Assembly: GCA_951406725.2 (NCBI GenBank)
Contig: OX597815.1
Location: forward strand, 58,962,001 to 59,026,000
DNA from: Octopus vulgaris
Lineage: Eukaryota
Direction: 5' to 3'
Length of the DNA: 64,000 nt
A program made the position numbers and the translations under genes. The stretch's first letter is position 1. Every line of letters starts with the position of its first letter. Positions 24,886 to 37,786 of the stretch are shown here, in pieces. Under the pieces are notes generated by a model. That model worked only from the letters and a program-made list of their open reading frames with translations. It had not been told where the DNA came from and ran no database searches.

Positions 24886-26024
24886 TTAGTATTTAATACA
24901 TGGTTGTAAGACATGTAACTGGTTGGTAGTTTTTTTTTTTTTGGGGGGGGGGGGGGAGTTACTAGTTTTGTCACTTTGAGAATGTAAGTTACTCCATATG
25001 AATAGGAGTAACCAAAGGATTCGCAGGAATAAAATTTTCCGCATCCCCCAACATCTTTCGAAATAATAAACTTAATTCAACCAATGCAAATAGTATTACA
25101 AAAACCCTAATATATCCTTATAACTATGATAATGATGAAAAGGAATTTTATCGAAATCTCTAAACCTCCTTCATGGGGTCATGCATAATGCTATTGTAGA
25201 GGTGGGTCAGTCACCCATGAGAAAGCATTCAACCAGAAGGTAAGGATCTTATCTTTCCCAACTGATTTCTGTTTACTGGATTTTCTCAGTGCAGTCTTGA
25301 GCTCTTCAACAGATATATCTTCCCATATTTGCTGTTTAATGTGTTCAAAGCCTCTGACTTGTTGATGAATTCAGGGAGTTTCATGATTGTATTCTTTAGG
25401 GTATGACCAGATCAATGTCCAAAAGTTTTGCACTTCCCCCTCAGTAGATGTGGTTTTGATAGTTATATTAGGTTTTCAAATTTTCCTATAAAAACTTTTA
25501 GGATTGTTTCACTTTATTATCTTTGAAAAAAGTTTGATCTTTCTTTTAGCCTTCTCATTTCTGCTGCTTTGGCTTAAATACTTGATATTTTTCAATTTCT
25601 TCATCACTTTTGCTTATTCTTTTTATGTCATATTTTCTTTTCAGTTTCTTGCTTTTGCTATCTTAACATTTTCTTTCCACTTTTGATGTTCATAAATTTT
25701 TCAATATCAGTTCTGAATTTTATTTTTAATTCTTTCTTGCAATGCTGGTTTCCTGTTTATATGTTGAGTCTTTCATTTTACTTGAATACTTCATAGTGCA
25801 GTGGTTATTGAATCTGCAGCATAAAGTAGATTATTTAGCAAAGTGAGATCTGCTTCATTTTCATTCAAGATGGATCTTATGACTTAATTTACTTTACTTA
25901 TTAATTTATCATTTTGTTTTGAGTTGTGAATCTTAGGGAGGTCATTGCCATCCCCCAGTTCAGTGTGTTTAGCCTTCAGTCACTCTGACAATTTTATTAA
26001 TATTATTATTATTTCATATATGCA

Positions 26025-26382
26025 CAACAGATTACACTGTTGGAAAAGAAAATTTCCTTGCATCGGGCTACAAGTAAACTCAGATGCCAAGAACTCTCCT
26101 AAGTATCCTAACTGTCCCTAAGAACACTGTTTTCTGGAGCTGTACTAAACTAGGTTTTATACCTATTTTCTCTATCCATTCAAATCTTTAGGGACAGTTC
26201 CCAATGCATACCTAATGTATCTCTGCAGTTATTACAGGAATACATTTTATCTGCTCTTCCCATAGTCTCTGTAACTCAATGACTAGGTCCTGGTACAAGT
26301 ATTTTCTTCTTATCTCTTATATTGCCTTTCTCATCATTTGGGACTGTAAAGTCAATTATCTGGTAGTTTCTATTCTCTTTGT

Positions 26383-26418
<36 letters not shown>

Positions 26419-27010
26419 ATTCTAGCTTCTATTACTCTGTCTTATATTTATTACTTGCTAGTACTTTAGTAGGTTCATGTTCATAAAATTTATCAACATG
26501 GTCGAATCTTAGCTTTCCGCATAACCCCCAGTGGATTAGTCTTCCTAGGTTGTCATGTCTTTCCTTGTATTTTTTCTGTGCAATCATGCTACATTCACTG
26601 TCCTCTTTTGATTTACATAACCTACATTGGGAATCTACTTGGTTTTTGTCTATCTTAGCTTTTCTCCAATTATCTCAATGCTTGATCTTGTGCTGCTACT
26701 ACAAACGTTCTGTCTCTCTTTTCAGCCTCCCTTTCAGCAACCATAACCATGTCTCACTACTACTATTTCCTGCAATTACCTTTGGGAATCTACCATGCAG
26801 AGCCTTCTCTTGCCAGTCAGATAATCTTTCTTCTTTTTCTGGATTTTAGCTTCATTTGGCTTTTTGGTTTCTCTATATCCTACTTTGACTCTAGCAGCTC
26901 TTGATAAACTTTCTTCACTGTTACCTACAAAGGAAGCTATATCTACTCTAGCTAATTCCGTGCAGTCTTCTACTGATATTAAACCTCTTCCACGTTCCTT
27001 TTTAGGCAAT
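26025..27010 (-). mobile_element. 3' fragment of R4/Dong-like LINE
   Basis: PKKERGRGLISVEDC, WQEKALHGRF and RLE remnants; bounded by ATT tracts. Confidence 0.8.
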
Positions 27011-27035
27011 TGTTATTATTATTATTATTATTATT

Positions 27036-27570
27036 GAGTGAGAGAGTAGCATGTGCCATCAAACTACACTGGAATACAAATATACGAAGCCCAATATACC
27101 CATCATGGTTACCCATCTGATAAGGGTACACTAGGTGCATGCATCACAACCATATGTGTGTGACATGGTGACCTCATATCAAAATAAACAGTGCATGACC
27201 TTGAAGGTGGGGGACAGTTAGAATTTTTTTCCGATTGTGTAGCCCATCCTGCTTAAAAGTTTCCTGAATAAATGTTGTTTAAGGAGTGAAAGGAATGAAT
27301 GAAACACCTATATCTCCAAGGGTGAATAATGAAAACCCCAAAGAATCCTTCTCAACACATGGCTGTGATGCTCCCTCACTACTCTTGCTTGTGGTTATGG
27401 ATGCACATATTAACCACTAAGTGACATGCTCAACTGGTTAAAGTCAAGCAACTGACAAGCAAATTTATGGTACTGAGCAGAATATTTGCTGCAGCCCATC
27501 TTTTACACCAAAACAAAACACATGCTTATTAGTTAGTCTTATCAGTTATGATCAGAAGCCATGAGAGCGT
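27036..27570. mobile_element. ~530-bp non-coding interspersed repeat next to ATT tract, copy 1
   Basis: Colinear with 33691-34137 and 35332-35857. Confidence 0.85.
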
Positions 27571-27579
27571 GTTTTGTTG

Positions 27580-28330
27580 TTATTTTTACTGTATTGAAAG
27601 TACTTTGTGTAAAATGTATGCAGTGCCTAACAGTGCTATTTTCTGTATGTTATATATATTTGTTAGTCCTGGTGTTTTGGTTATGTATTTGGCTGTATGT
27701 TTTTTGACCATACCTAAAGCACCTATTATTATAGGGATTGTTTCTGTTTTCAGGTTCCACATTTGGTTTATCACTGTTTCCAGAACTTTGTATTTTGAAA
27801 GTTTCTCCATTGTCATCTGTTGGGATTGAGATGTTGATTAGAGGGCATTTTTTTTTTCTTAGCAGTCTTTGACAATAATATTTTTTCAATTAACTTTGAT
27901 CTCCCTATTTTTGTGTGTATTGGCATATACCAGATTATAGCTACTTTATCATTTTCTGAGACCTTTTCTTGGGTCTGTCTATACATCTTTTTGCAGTTGG
28001 CATTCTATAGTGCTAATACAATTTCCAGTGTATGAAAGCTTCTGCTGTCGTATCTGTGAATACATTTCTCCTCAGCCAAGATTGAATATCCAGAGATAAT
28101 ATGATTTATGGTTTCTTCTATATCACTGCATATTCTGCAGTTACTTATTGTATTCAGCTTCATTATATGTTTCTGGTGGTTTCTAGTGGGGAGGCTTTGA
28201 TCTTGTGCCACAGCTAAGGACCCTTCTGCCTCAGCTTTGAGTCTTGTGCTTCTCATTCTATGTTGCTTTGTTTATTTTTCTTTTGTTCAATTTGTTCCAG
28301 TATTTGCCATGTAAGAGCTTTTCTTGCCCT
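27580..28330 (-). mobile_element. 3' fragment of R4/Dong-like LINE
   Basis: AQDQSLPTRNHQK, CRIC..EETINHIISG, EKLSKYK, IPIIIGALG, IQKIALLGTA. Confidence 0.88.
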
Positions 28331-28349
28331 TGGCTCCTCTGATTAAGAA

Positions 28350-30285
28350 GAAATGCTGACAATATTCCTTTGAATATCTTTCTTACGTCTTTATTCCATT
28401 GCCACAGAACAAAGTGAAACCAATGTGTCTCATGTATGAATGTACTGTCAAAAAATAGCATGAAGCTAGCTAAGCTTAAAATTTGTCATGTATTGAACTT
28501 CTAAGGAATATATAACAAATACTGTACATTTGTTTAAATAATTTAAAACTGCCAGTCACATAGCATGCATGAGTTTTATGAGTTTTCTATATGTTGCAAT
28601 TAATTGATTCCATCTCTACAGGATTATAGTTGATATTGTTACCCCTTTTCATACATTCTTCTTTTGGTTATGCTTCCGCTACAGCGAGATAGAAATTCAC
28701 AGCTTACAAGTATTTGATCCTTGTTCTTTTACTTGTGCTAAGCAGATTACAAAACTTGACAATAGCGTTGCTGATAGGATTGCAGTTCCTCAGTGATTTT
28801 TGGCTGATTTAATGCCATGATTCTGTGAGTGAGTTCATTTGCAGGTTTAATTCCTTCTGCCAATATCACACAGCCTACAAATGTAATGCTTGTAGTCTTT
28901 TGAACACGTTTTTCTTTGTTGACATTGACTTATTTCTCACGTGATCTTCCAAGGATGGCATTTAAATGTTTATTCAGGCTCCCTTCCATCTTAGCAGATA
29001 CTGGGATTTTATTGCATATTTAAAAAACAATTAAGTGGAGGTTTGCATGATGCTCTTAATGTAATAAAAGTTGTTAACTATATTGAATCAAATTCTTTAC
29101 AAGACTGCATCTTTCATGAATTCTGTAATCAAAATGAAGAAGAGTTTGATTGCTTTGTAATTCACACAGGGATGAAATGGTTATCAAAAGATAATTGTCT
29201 GCATTGTTTTGTTGCACTTTGAGACACTATTGTCTCCTTTCTGGCTAATGACAATCTCATATCCAAAGGTGTTATTACTGCTTTTCTAGGGAAAGTATAG
29301 CTCTACAAAAGGAATATTGTATGTTGTGCATTATTACAATTTCCTAGTTTGGAATCAATGAGCAGTAATCTACATGATGATGACCTTGTATTGTATACTG
29401 AATATTTGAATAACTCGCATGATGATACACAAGCTTGGTTTAGCAACCTACTGAAGTTAAATATACTGTATTGGGTGACACTTCTTGAAGTTAATATTGT
29501 TGATGTTTGCAGGAAAATCTCATTGAATTGCAGAGTGATGAAATATTTCAGGCAAGATTTAAAAATGGGAAACATAATGCATGAAAAACTAATGACACTG
29601 CTACAAAGCACAGTTGTATGTTAGTGCTTTTCCTTCAACTTACCTTGTTGAAGCTGATTTCAGCCATGTCACTAAACTTACTTTCAAAAGCTTGTAATCA
29701 ACTTGACATTGTAGAAAGAGGTGATCTTCAATTATCATTGTCAACATTGGAGCTGAATATTGATAAACTAGTAGAGCAGCATCAACAGCAAAGCTTGCAT
29801 TAAATAAAGTAGCACCATAGTGCTATCTTCTTTTAATAAATATGTCCTTGCATTGATATATTTATGACTCATTTTACTAGTGAACATTCATTTTCCAGAG
29901 AATTTAGTTAGTTGTTGAAGTTTATGTACAATAAATTGGTTATATGCCTACAATACGCAAAATATTTTAGTAATAATAATATTTAATTATAAAAATACAA
30001 TAGGACTTTGTGGCTGTTGCCAGTACTGCCTGACTGGCCCTCATTCCAGTGGCTCATAAAAGCACCCACTACACTCTCGGAGTGGTTAGCGTTAGGAAGG
30101 GCATCTCTGCCAGATCAGATTGAAGCCTGGTGCTGCCATCTGGCTTGCTAGCCTCCAGTCAAACCGTCCAACCCATGCCAGCATGGAAAGAGGATGTTAA
30201 ACGATGATGATGATGATGAATGATTGTTGTGGGGGGCGGGCACCTAAGTAAAATGGGAATCAAAAGGGTCCATAAATACAAATTG
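28350..30285 (+). mobile_element. Decayed hAT (Charlie/Buster-like) transposon
   Basis: HTGMKWLSK (cf. HTEVRWLSKG), FPSTYLVEA.FS and C-terminal IVERGDLQLSL..L..NIDKL..QHQ.Q.LH, with many stops. Confidence 0.75.
30010..30218 (+). mobile_element. RTE family-A 3' tail fragment
   Basis: aaaagcacccactacactctcggagtgg...aaacgatgatgatg. Confidence 0.85.
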
Positions 30286-30764
30286 GTACTTATATTGTTG
30301 TTAGGTTTTCTGGGAGCATTATTTGTGCTTTCATATTGTATTCTTTCTTTTTAATGTTCTACTTCAATTTCTTATACTTTTTCATTTTCAGATTGTTAGT
30401 TTGTTGGGGTTCAGCAATATATCTAAATCTGGGTTATTTTTCTTCCAAACTTTATATTCTTTTACTCTTTTACACATTTCAGTCATTTAACTGCAGCCAT
30501 GCTTGTATTTTTGTTCTGTGAGTAGAGTACTGCTGTAAAGTAAGCATAGAAACATTCTTCTCATGTCCACTTACAGCTTTTTGGTTTTATTTGTGAAACA
30601 TGAGGAACACCCAGCCCTTTATTTAGATTATCATTTTTACTCATCTCTGTTACTCAGTTATGGTGCAACATTTTGCCATTTTAGCTTTCTTGCATGTTAA
30701 ATGTCCCTGGATTGTTGTTGTTGTTTTCTTTGCTTGGTTTCTAATGCAGGAGATGTATTATGAT

Positions 30765-32740
30765 GTTAGCTGTTCACTACTAGTGAACTGAGATGACACC
30801 CCTTATTTTTCATGTACCCTCCAGAGTATTCAAGTTATTTTAAGCATTGCTGTTTTCTACTTGTGCTCTATCCTTATTGCAATCTGTATTTGTTCAATGT
30901 ACTCCTCAAGCTCTTTACTTACTGTTCCTAAGCTCTGACAATTATTGGTATTATTATCACCTTCTTCAGTAACGACAAGCTAACCTGTCATATCTTTCAA
31001 ATTTCTTCTTTATCACATACCTTGTAACCAGCTGGTCATGCTATCTATGATCCAGCACTGTTTGCTTTCTTTCTCAATTATTGTTATATTTGGTTTTCTA
31101 TTCTATCCCATGGTCACACTGAATCACAGTCACACAGGATCTTTGCATTATGATTTTCGATAATGCCTCTGGGTTTTATGTTTATACCACTCTGTCATGT
31201 CCATAGTTGTTGCAAAGTGCCCAATGGACTATTTTTGCTATGTTGTCATGCACTTGTCACTTTTTACTGTGTTGTCCATTCTGTGTTTGATGTAATTAGC
31301 TCTTAATGTTTGCTCTTGAGCAACACAGATTGAGGCCTACATTTCTGGTTTTAAGTCACTTTTAGTCATCCATAACCATCTTTTTTCTTTGTCTGTCCTG
31401 TCTTCAATATCTCTATGGAATTGTGCTTGCATTCTTATCTCTGTCCACCTGTTTTCAGTTTCATCCATTTTCAAATGCTTGTACTGTTTTATCTTTGTAA
31501 TCTTCAATTTTGCACAAACCTAACCTTCTTACTTCCAGCAATAGCAGTTCTGTGGCATGTTTTATGTACCATACCATATTATTTTCTTCTGCTCTAATGA
31601 TACATTTCCACCCAATCAGACTTGGTACATAAAGTCTTTCTGTGTCACTCTTTGGATAAATTACCCCATATTTTAGCTCTTCTACTATCCACATAATTGC
31701 CCTTGCTCCATATCTAAGGAGTGAGACCATCCTTGTGTTGATAGCCTCAATCTTAATCCATCCATTCAGTTTCAACTTGAAGTTATTTCAGTCTGTGAAA
31801 GTATTCCATCTTAATTTTTTCTGTCATTTTCTCACCCATTAATTTGTCCATTTCCAATATTACCAAGTACTTTTAACCTGTCTCTTCTATTTGCTTCATA
31901 TCCTTCTCTGACAGCATCACCAACCCATCCATGTGTTTAATTTTGCTTCAATTCAAGACTAACATACCACATTTTTTCAATCTAAACTCCATTCAGCACT
32001 AAACATATACACCCTGTCAATAAGAGAACTGATTTGTGGTCATCCATGAATGACAAGTGGTTAACTTTTGAATTCATACTCAGCCTTAGCTTTCTTCAAA
32101 ATCATTGTCTGTGGTATCATACACAGTACAAAAATCAGTGGGAACAGACAGTCCATCCCCTTGAAATATACCACTTTTGATTTCTAATCCCGGAGCTCCT
32201 TCCAAAAGCTGTCAGAAGAAATTGCTTGACATTCTGTGCAGTACACTTACACTTTCCATGATCAAAGAATGTTGGCCCATATCATTGACCTCATGGTAAT
32301 CAATCCATGACAATAAAGTTGGTTTTCCTCCTCTTGTAATCTTTGAGTACTATTTTGTCTATTAGAAGTTGGTCCTTGGTACCTCTACACATATGCTATT
32401 TAACAAAGTGTTGAGCTGTTCCATCTATTCATGTATGACATTCACTAAATTTTTTGATCCAGTAGCCTTGAACTCCATCTGGTCCTGGAGCCTTCCAATT
32501 GCTCATCTTTATGGTGACTTCCTTTATATCCCTAATTGAAATGCTTAGTTCTACTTACTGTGGGTAAACTTTTGTTTCAGTTTTTCTAACAATTCAGCAT
32601 CCTTCTTGTATTTCTTGCCTTTACTTTAAATGTCACTTGAAAACTTTTGACTTTTATTGCTATCTAGTATCATCACTTCATCTGTACAATCTCCATTTAT
32701 TTCTTGATAAAATCTCTTCTGGTCTACTCTGAATAATATA
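30765..32740 (-). mobile_element. Decayed R4/Dong-like LINE
   Basis: NWKAPGPDGV, RGTKDQLL, KLNGWIKIEAINT, YPKSDTERLY and RLE remnants. Confidence 0.82.
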
Positions 32741-32764
32741 TTTTGCCAATATTTCTTGAAATAT

Positions 32765-32794
32765 TGCTACTGCTACTGCTGCTGCTGCTGCTGT

Positions 32795-32851
<57 letters not shown>

Positions 32852-32886
32852 CACTACTACTACTACTATTACTACTACTACTACTA
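32765..32886. repeat. (CTG)/(CTA)n microsatellite
   Basis: Read directly from the sequence. Confidence 0.95.
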
Positions 32887-32929
32887 GTGCATGCCAATTT
32901 AGTTAGCAGGTATTTTATTTTGATGTTTG

Positions 32930-33690
32930 GTGACAAAAGGTCTCTTCAAATCTCAAGGAGCCTTTCTTAGAATTCTTGCAGAATATAGGATGAAACTTTT
33001 CTGCAGGTTGACAATACAAGTTTCAATTCCATCTCTTTCAGTATTTTTGGTAGCATTTTGGGTTTTGTGCCAAGTGCATCTGTTACTACAGGAATCATTG
33101 TTGTTTTGGTCTTCCAGTCTCTTCAGCTCTCTGACTAGTTCCTGATACTTCTCAATTTTTAAAAATTCCTTTAGTATCAATTCTGCAATCATAGGGAATA
33201 GCAAGAAAATTACAGTTTATTTTGTCTTCTATAATCATATCTGGTCTCCTTGTTTTCAATAGTATGGTCAGTTTTTATGGGAAAATTCCAGAAGATCTTG
33301 TAATTCTCAATTTCTATCACAACCTCTGGTTCATGTTCACACCACTTTTCTGTTGTTTTGAAATGACACTTGGCTAACATCTCACTGCACTCTTTTGCCA
33401 ACATAGTCATGTCTGTGCTTAACTCCTTTTGTGTTAATATACTGCACTCACACAAAAGGTGATTGATACTTTCATCTCCTCTCCTGCAAATTCTGAGTTT
33501 TTTTGCTCTTTGACTTTATCAGATTTATTCTAAGGACTTGTTCCTGAGTAGCTACGATTATTATTTGTTTTTATCTCTAGTTTTGTTGGAACTCCTGGAG
33601 TCATGCATGCATAGCAGGCTTGCTGCCTGTAGCCTATGGTACCATTCTATCTGTTCTTTTCAATTATCTAATACTTTCCTTATTCTGTAC
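32930..33690 (-). mobile_element. 3' fragment of R4/Dong-like LINE
   Basis: CRRGDESINHL, KWCEHEPE..IFWNFPIKTD, KIEKYQEL, LQKS.ILYSARILRK. Confidence 0.8.
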
Positions 33691-34137
33691 AGGCACATGC
33701 ATCACAACCATATGTGCTTGAAATTATGATAAACAGCACGTGACCTTGCGGGGCGGGGGGAAGTTAGAATTTTCTATAGGTTGAGTAGCCCACCTTGCTC
33801 AAAAGGTCCCTGAATAAGATTTATCTTAAGGATGATGAACAAAACACCCATGTTTCAGAGGTGAATAATTCGAACCCCAAAGAATTCCTCTCGACACATA
33901 GCTATGATGCTGCCCAACTACTTCTGCTCATTATCAAAGATGCACATATCATCAGCCACTAAAGGATATGCTCAACATATTATGGTCAAACAACTGACAG
34001 GCAAATCTGTGGTATTGAGCAGGATACTTGCTGTAGCCTATCTTTTATGCCAAAACAAAACATATACATGATATTACTTCCAATCAGTTAAGATCAGAAG
34101 CCATGAGAGCCACTGCCTGGTACTGCATCAGGGTATT
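33691..34137. mobile_element. ~530-bp repeat family, copy 2 (truncated on the left)
   Basis: Colinear with copies 1 and 3; ends at ttattatcatcatc. Confidence 0.85.
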
Positions 34138-34149
34138 TATTATCATCAT

Positions 34150-35055
34150 CATCATCATCATTATTCAACATTTGGTAGTTTCAGGCAAATTTTTACTGCA
34201 TCACCAGCTACACCTCCATGTTGTTGGGGTGTGTGCAGTATTGTGTGTTCATTATTGTTGTTGGGAGTGTGCAAACCTTTCCTGAAACTGTATTGCATCA
34301 TTTTCTTTTTTATGGGGTGTGGTGCAGTGTTTTGGTGTATTAGTGTTTGTATTGTGCGTTGTATGTGCAATGCATTGGGTATCTAGCCTGCTGGTGGTAA
34401 TTTATTTCATTGGATATTTGCTATATAGAGTGTGTCTTGTGCATGTGGATTGTATTGTTTAGGTTGTCTTATTGAATTGATAGTGTCTTTTATAGGATGT
34501 GGGCTATTCATAGCTGGGCAATTTTTTTGGATTGTGTGTAGTGTTGAGGATCCAGGTATAGCTTCAACGTTTTGTGCCCAATGCTCCAATTATCACTGGT
34601 ATTGTTTTCACCTTCATGCCCCTCATCTTGAATACTTAAATTTTGAGTCTTCATACTTTTGATAATTTGACCATTTCCTTTTGGACAATATTTTGGTTAG
34701 AAGGGACTGCAGTGTTTACCTGTAAGCAGGTGTTTTTTTTTCCCAATCCTTGATTATTATGTCTGGAAAATTAGCTTTTCTTTCTTTGTCTGTTTGAACA
34801 GGTATATCTTGGATGATTGTCTTGTACCTTGTTTGGTGCATGTTTATACCATTTCTTGTCAGTGTTTTTGTTGTACTGTTGGCATATTGTCTAGTGGATA
34901 TAACTACTTACTCACTCATGTCTATATATATAAATTCAGATTTGGCAAGGACTGGACAGCTAGAGAGGATGTGGTCAACTGTCTCATTGTGCTGGATGCA
35001 CATTCTGCATTTGGTGTTAGGGCCTATTTTCATTATTTTGCTTTTATAGTTGTTC
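34150..35055 (-). mobile_element. 3' fragment of R4/Dong-like LINE
   Basis: ETVDHILSSCPVLA, DIII, IPVIIGALG. Confidence 0.75.
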
Positions 35056-35076
35056 GTAATTATTATTATTATCATT

Positions 35077-35292
35077 AAGGCAGCGAGCTGGCAGAATCAT
35101 TAGCATGCTGGCCAAAATGCTTTGCGGTATTTCACCCATCACTACATTCTGAGATCAAATTCTGCTGAGACTGACTTTGCCTTTCATCTTTTCAGGGTTG
35201 ATAAATTAAGTACCAGTGAAACACTGGGGTTGATATAATTGACTAGTCCTCTGCCCCACCAAATTTTAGGCCTTTTGTCTTTAGTAGAAAGG
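35077..35292 (+). mobile_element. tRNA-derived SINE
   Basis: aggcagcgagctggcagaatc head and B-box-like gatcaaattc. Tail shared with 18316-18416. Decayed relatives lie near 36110-36230, 37310-37460 and 38020-38110. Confidence 0.8.
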
Positions 35293-35331
<39 letters not shown>

Positions 35332-35857
35332 GAGTGAGAGAGCATCAAAGTGACAGTGGAGTACAAATATATGAAGCCTAATAAACCCATCATGACTGAC
35401 TATCTGATAATGGTACACATGCATCACAACCATATGTATATGACATTGTAAATCAATATCAAGCTAAACAGAGCATGACCTTGCAGGTGGGGCACAGTTA
35501 GAACTTTTTCCAGCTTGAGTAGCCCATGCCACTAAGAAGGTCCTTGAATAAGGGTTGTTTAAGGATGTTGAATGAAACACCTATGTTTCCAGAGGTGAAT
35601 AATTCAAACCCCAAACAATTCCTCTCAACACATTGCTATGATGCTCCCCCACTATTTCTACTCATGATCAGAGATGCACATATTATCAGCCACCAAGGGA
35701 CATGCTCAACTGGTTCAGTCAAGCAGCTGACAAGCAAATCTGTGGTATTGAACAGAATATTGCTGTAGCCCACCAAAACAAAATATGTACATGATAACAC
35801 TTCCAATCAGTTAAGATCAGAAGCCATGAGGGCCACTGCCTGATATTGCATCAGAAC
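35332..35857. mobile_element. ~530-bp repeat family, copy 3
   Basis: Follows (ATT)n at 35293-35331 and ends before aattattgttattatc. Confidence 0.85.
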
Positions 35858-36382
35858 AATTATTGTTATTATCATTTTGGTGAATAGGTAAAATGTTCCT
35901 CAACAATGAAAAGCTTTCCTTCTCTATCCTACCCATATCTGCTAACAATCTAGTAATCTCTGTTGAATCTGTACATCATAAAATTTCACATCTTGAGACT
36001 CCTTTGTAAAGTTATTTGGTAATGAATGGACTTCTGATTAAATGGAAAATATTCTTCATTGAAAATTAGGATAACAACCTCTTCATCTTAGTCAAGTAGC
36101 CTAAATATTGATTTCAAATGTTGGCACAAAATCAGCAATTGTGAAGGAGTGGGTAAGTCAACCCCAATGTTCAACTGATACTTATTTTATCAATCAGGAA
36201 AGGATGAAAGGTAAGGTCAACCACAGCAGATGTAGGCTAAATATTAACATATACCCCACATTCCTGACTGTCTCTATCATTTAGCTAAGAGATTCTTAAC
36301 TAGAGGATTCTATTCCATACATTAATTTAATTCCCCACCTGGAAGTCAGTTTCAGATCCAAGAACTAAAGTTTCTATGAAAG

Positions 36383-36456
36383 GTGTGTGTGTGTGTGTGT
36401 GTGTGTGTCTGTGTGTGTGTATGTATGTATGTATGTATGTATGTATGTATGTATGT
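36383..36456. repeat. (TG)n/(TATG)n microsatellite
   Basis: Read directly from the sequence. Confidence 0.95.
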
Positions 36457-36739
36457 AGATAAATAGGTTTAATGTGGTTGTTATGGTAGTAGTTGAGACT
36501 TAAGTTGCTTACTGATCCCTCAATATGCATGTTCTTTTACAAACCACATTGGGAAATGAAGGACAACACATCAGCAGCAGCAGCAGCATCACCATCATTA
36601 TTATTGTTATTTCACTTCTCAGAACTCTCGATTTCATTTGCTCTGGCTAATTCTGAGAGAGCAGACAATAATCTGTTGTCAAAAGTTTCACAAGATCTTC
36701 TTTCACGATACTTAACATTCAAGTACCAGTCTCAAAATC

Positions 36740-37280
36740 CTCACAGTCCCTAATAAAGCAGTTTTCTGAGCATATTCTACCCTTATATCAATCCCATTTT
36801 CTTCACCAAATTTCTCATTCCTGATTGTTAATGCTCTCAGTGCCCCTACAACTACTAGTTTAACAGTTACTTTCTTCATTGCTACATTGTTGTGACTTGC
36901 AATTCTCAGTCTTTACCAATCCTGTATCATCCACTCACACATCCTCGGGTATGGCAATATCTATGACCTTAGTTTCCTTCATCATTTTATCAACTACAAC
37001 AATGTCTGGTCTTCAAGCATCAATCACTGAATCACACTAGGTTGTAAAATCTCACAAGAACACATTCATTATTCTTGGTGACACTATGTGGCTTATGCTC
37101 ATACCATTTCAATGTCTCTTCAAGACCATACATCTCACACAATCTCCAATAAGCATTGTTAGCTATGTTATCATGCCTTCTTTTATATTCCTTTTGAGCC
37201 AATTTGCTATGCTCACTCACAATATGTGAGACTTGTTTTTTTATGCCACTCATCCTACTCTTATCTATTTGGAACTTGGT
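36740..37280 (-). mobile_element. 3' fragment of R4/Dong-like LINE
   Basis: HIVSE.SKLAQKEYKRRHDNIA, KWYEHKP, PDIVVV, VIDIAIP. Confidence 0.82.
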
Positions 37281-37677
37281 GTTATTATTATTAGGATAGT
37301 AGGTATAAAAATTATACAGTGCTGGAGTAAATAATTTCTTGTATTCAGTTGTATTTTATTTTTTTTTTTACATTCTGAGTTCAACTTGTTGTAGCTGAGT
37401 CCATTCTTTTACTCCTCTGGAGTAATCATTTCAAAGTATGACACTCTACTCCATCTTTCTAGTTTTGTACCATTTAAGTAATCCTTTGGCTTTTTAGCTA
37501 AGATTAAATATACTAGAGCACTGGAGTGCTGAACTAAATAACTTGTGCACTTATGAAATAAATCATTATTACGGTGCATTAAATCAATTACACTCCTCCT
37601 CTAAAAATGTAACCATATGCCAAAGCTAGAAATCATAAGTGATATTACTATATGATATACATACATTTTATTTTCAG

Positions 37678-37786
37678 GGTTCATCGAGCTGGTGATGAGT
37701 CATCTAATTGGACATTTGTTATTAATCATTCTGACAGTACCTGTAAGAAAATAAAATTTTCAGCATCATCCCAATATGAAATGGTG
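37678..37786 (+). CDS. SH3BP2: Next coding exon of the same SH3BP2-like PH domain
   Basis: Acceptor ttattttcAG ends at 37677 and donor GTAAGT starts at 37787. The 109-nt exon reads (T)VHRAGDESSNWTFVINHSDSTCKKIKFSASSQYEMV, resembling 3BP2 [39 protein letters not shown] (recalled). AC|G completes a Thr codon with the previous exon. Confidence 0.78.

Larger units (their letters stand above)
20342..25990 (-). mobile_element. Decayed R4/Dong-like LINE interrupted by a Helitron and a SINE
   Basis: IIIGALGT and EKLSKYKGL near 20450-20980. HHPKADVD, YKYFGI and RT remnants at 23562-25500. May comprise more than one copy. Confidence 0.7.

Noticed and set aside
28350-29803. Domesticated ZBED/SCAND3-like gene
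   Set aside because: Multiple stops and frameshifts indicate a hAT fossil.
32724-32970. Poly-Ser/poly-Leu ORFs (and similar poly-Ile/Tyr ORFs elsewhere)
   Set aside because: These are translations of microsatellites.
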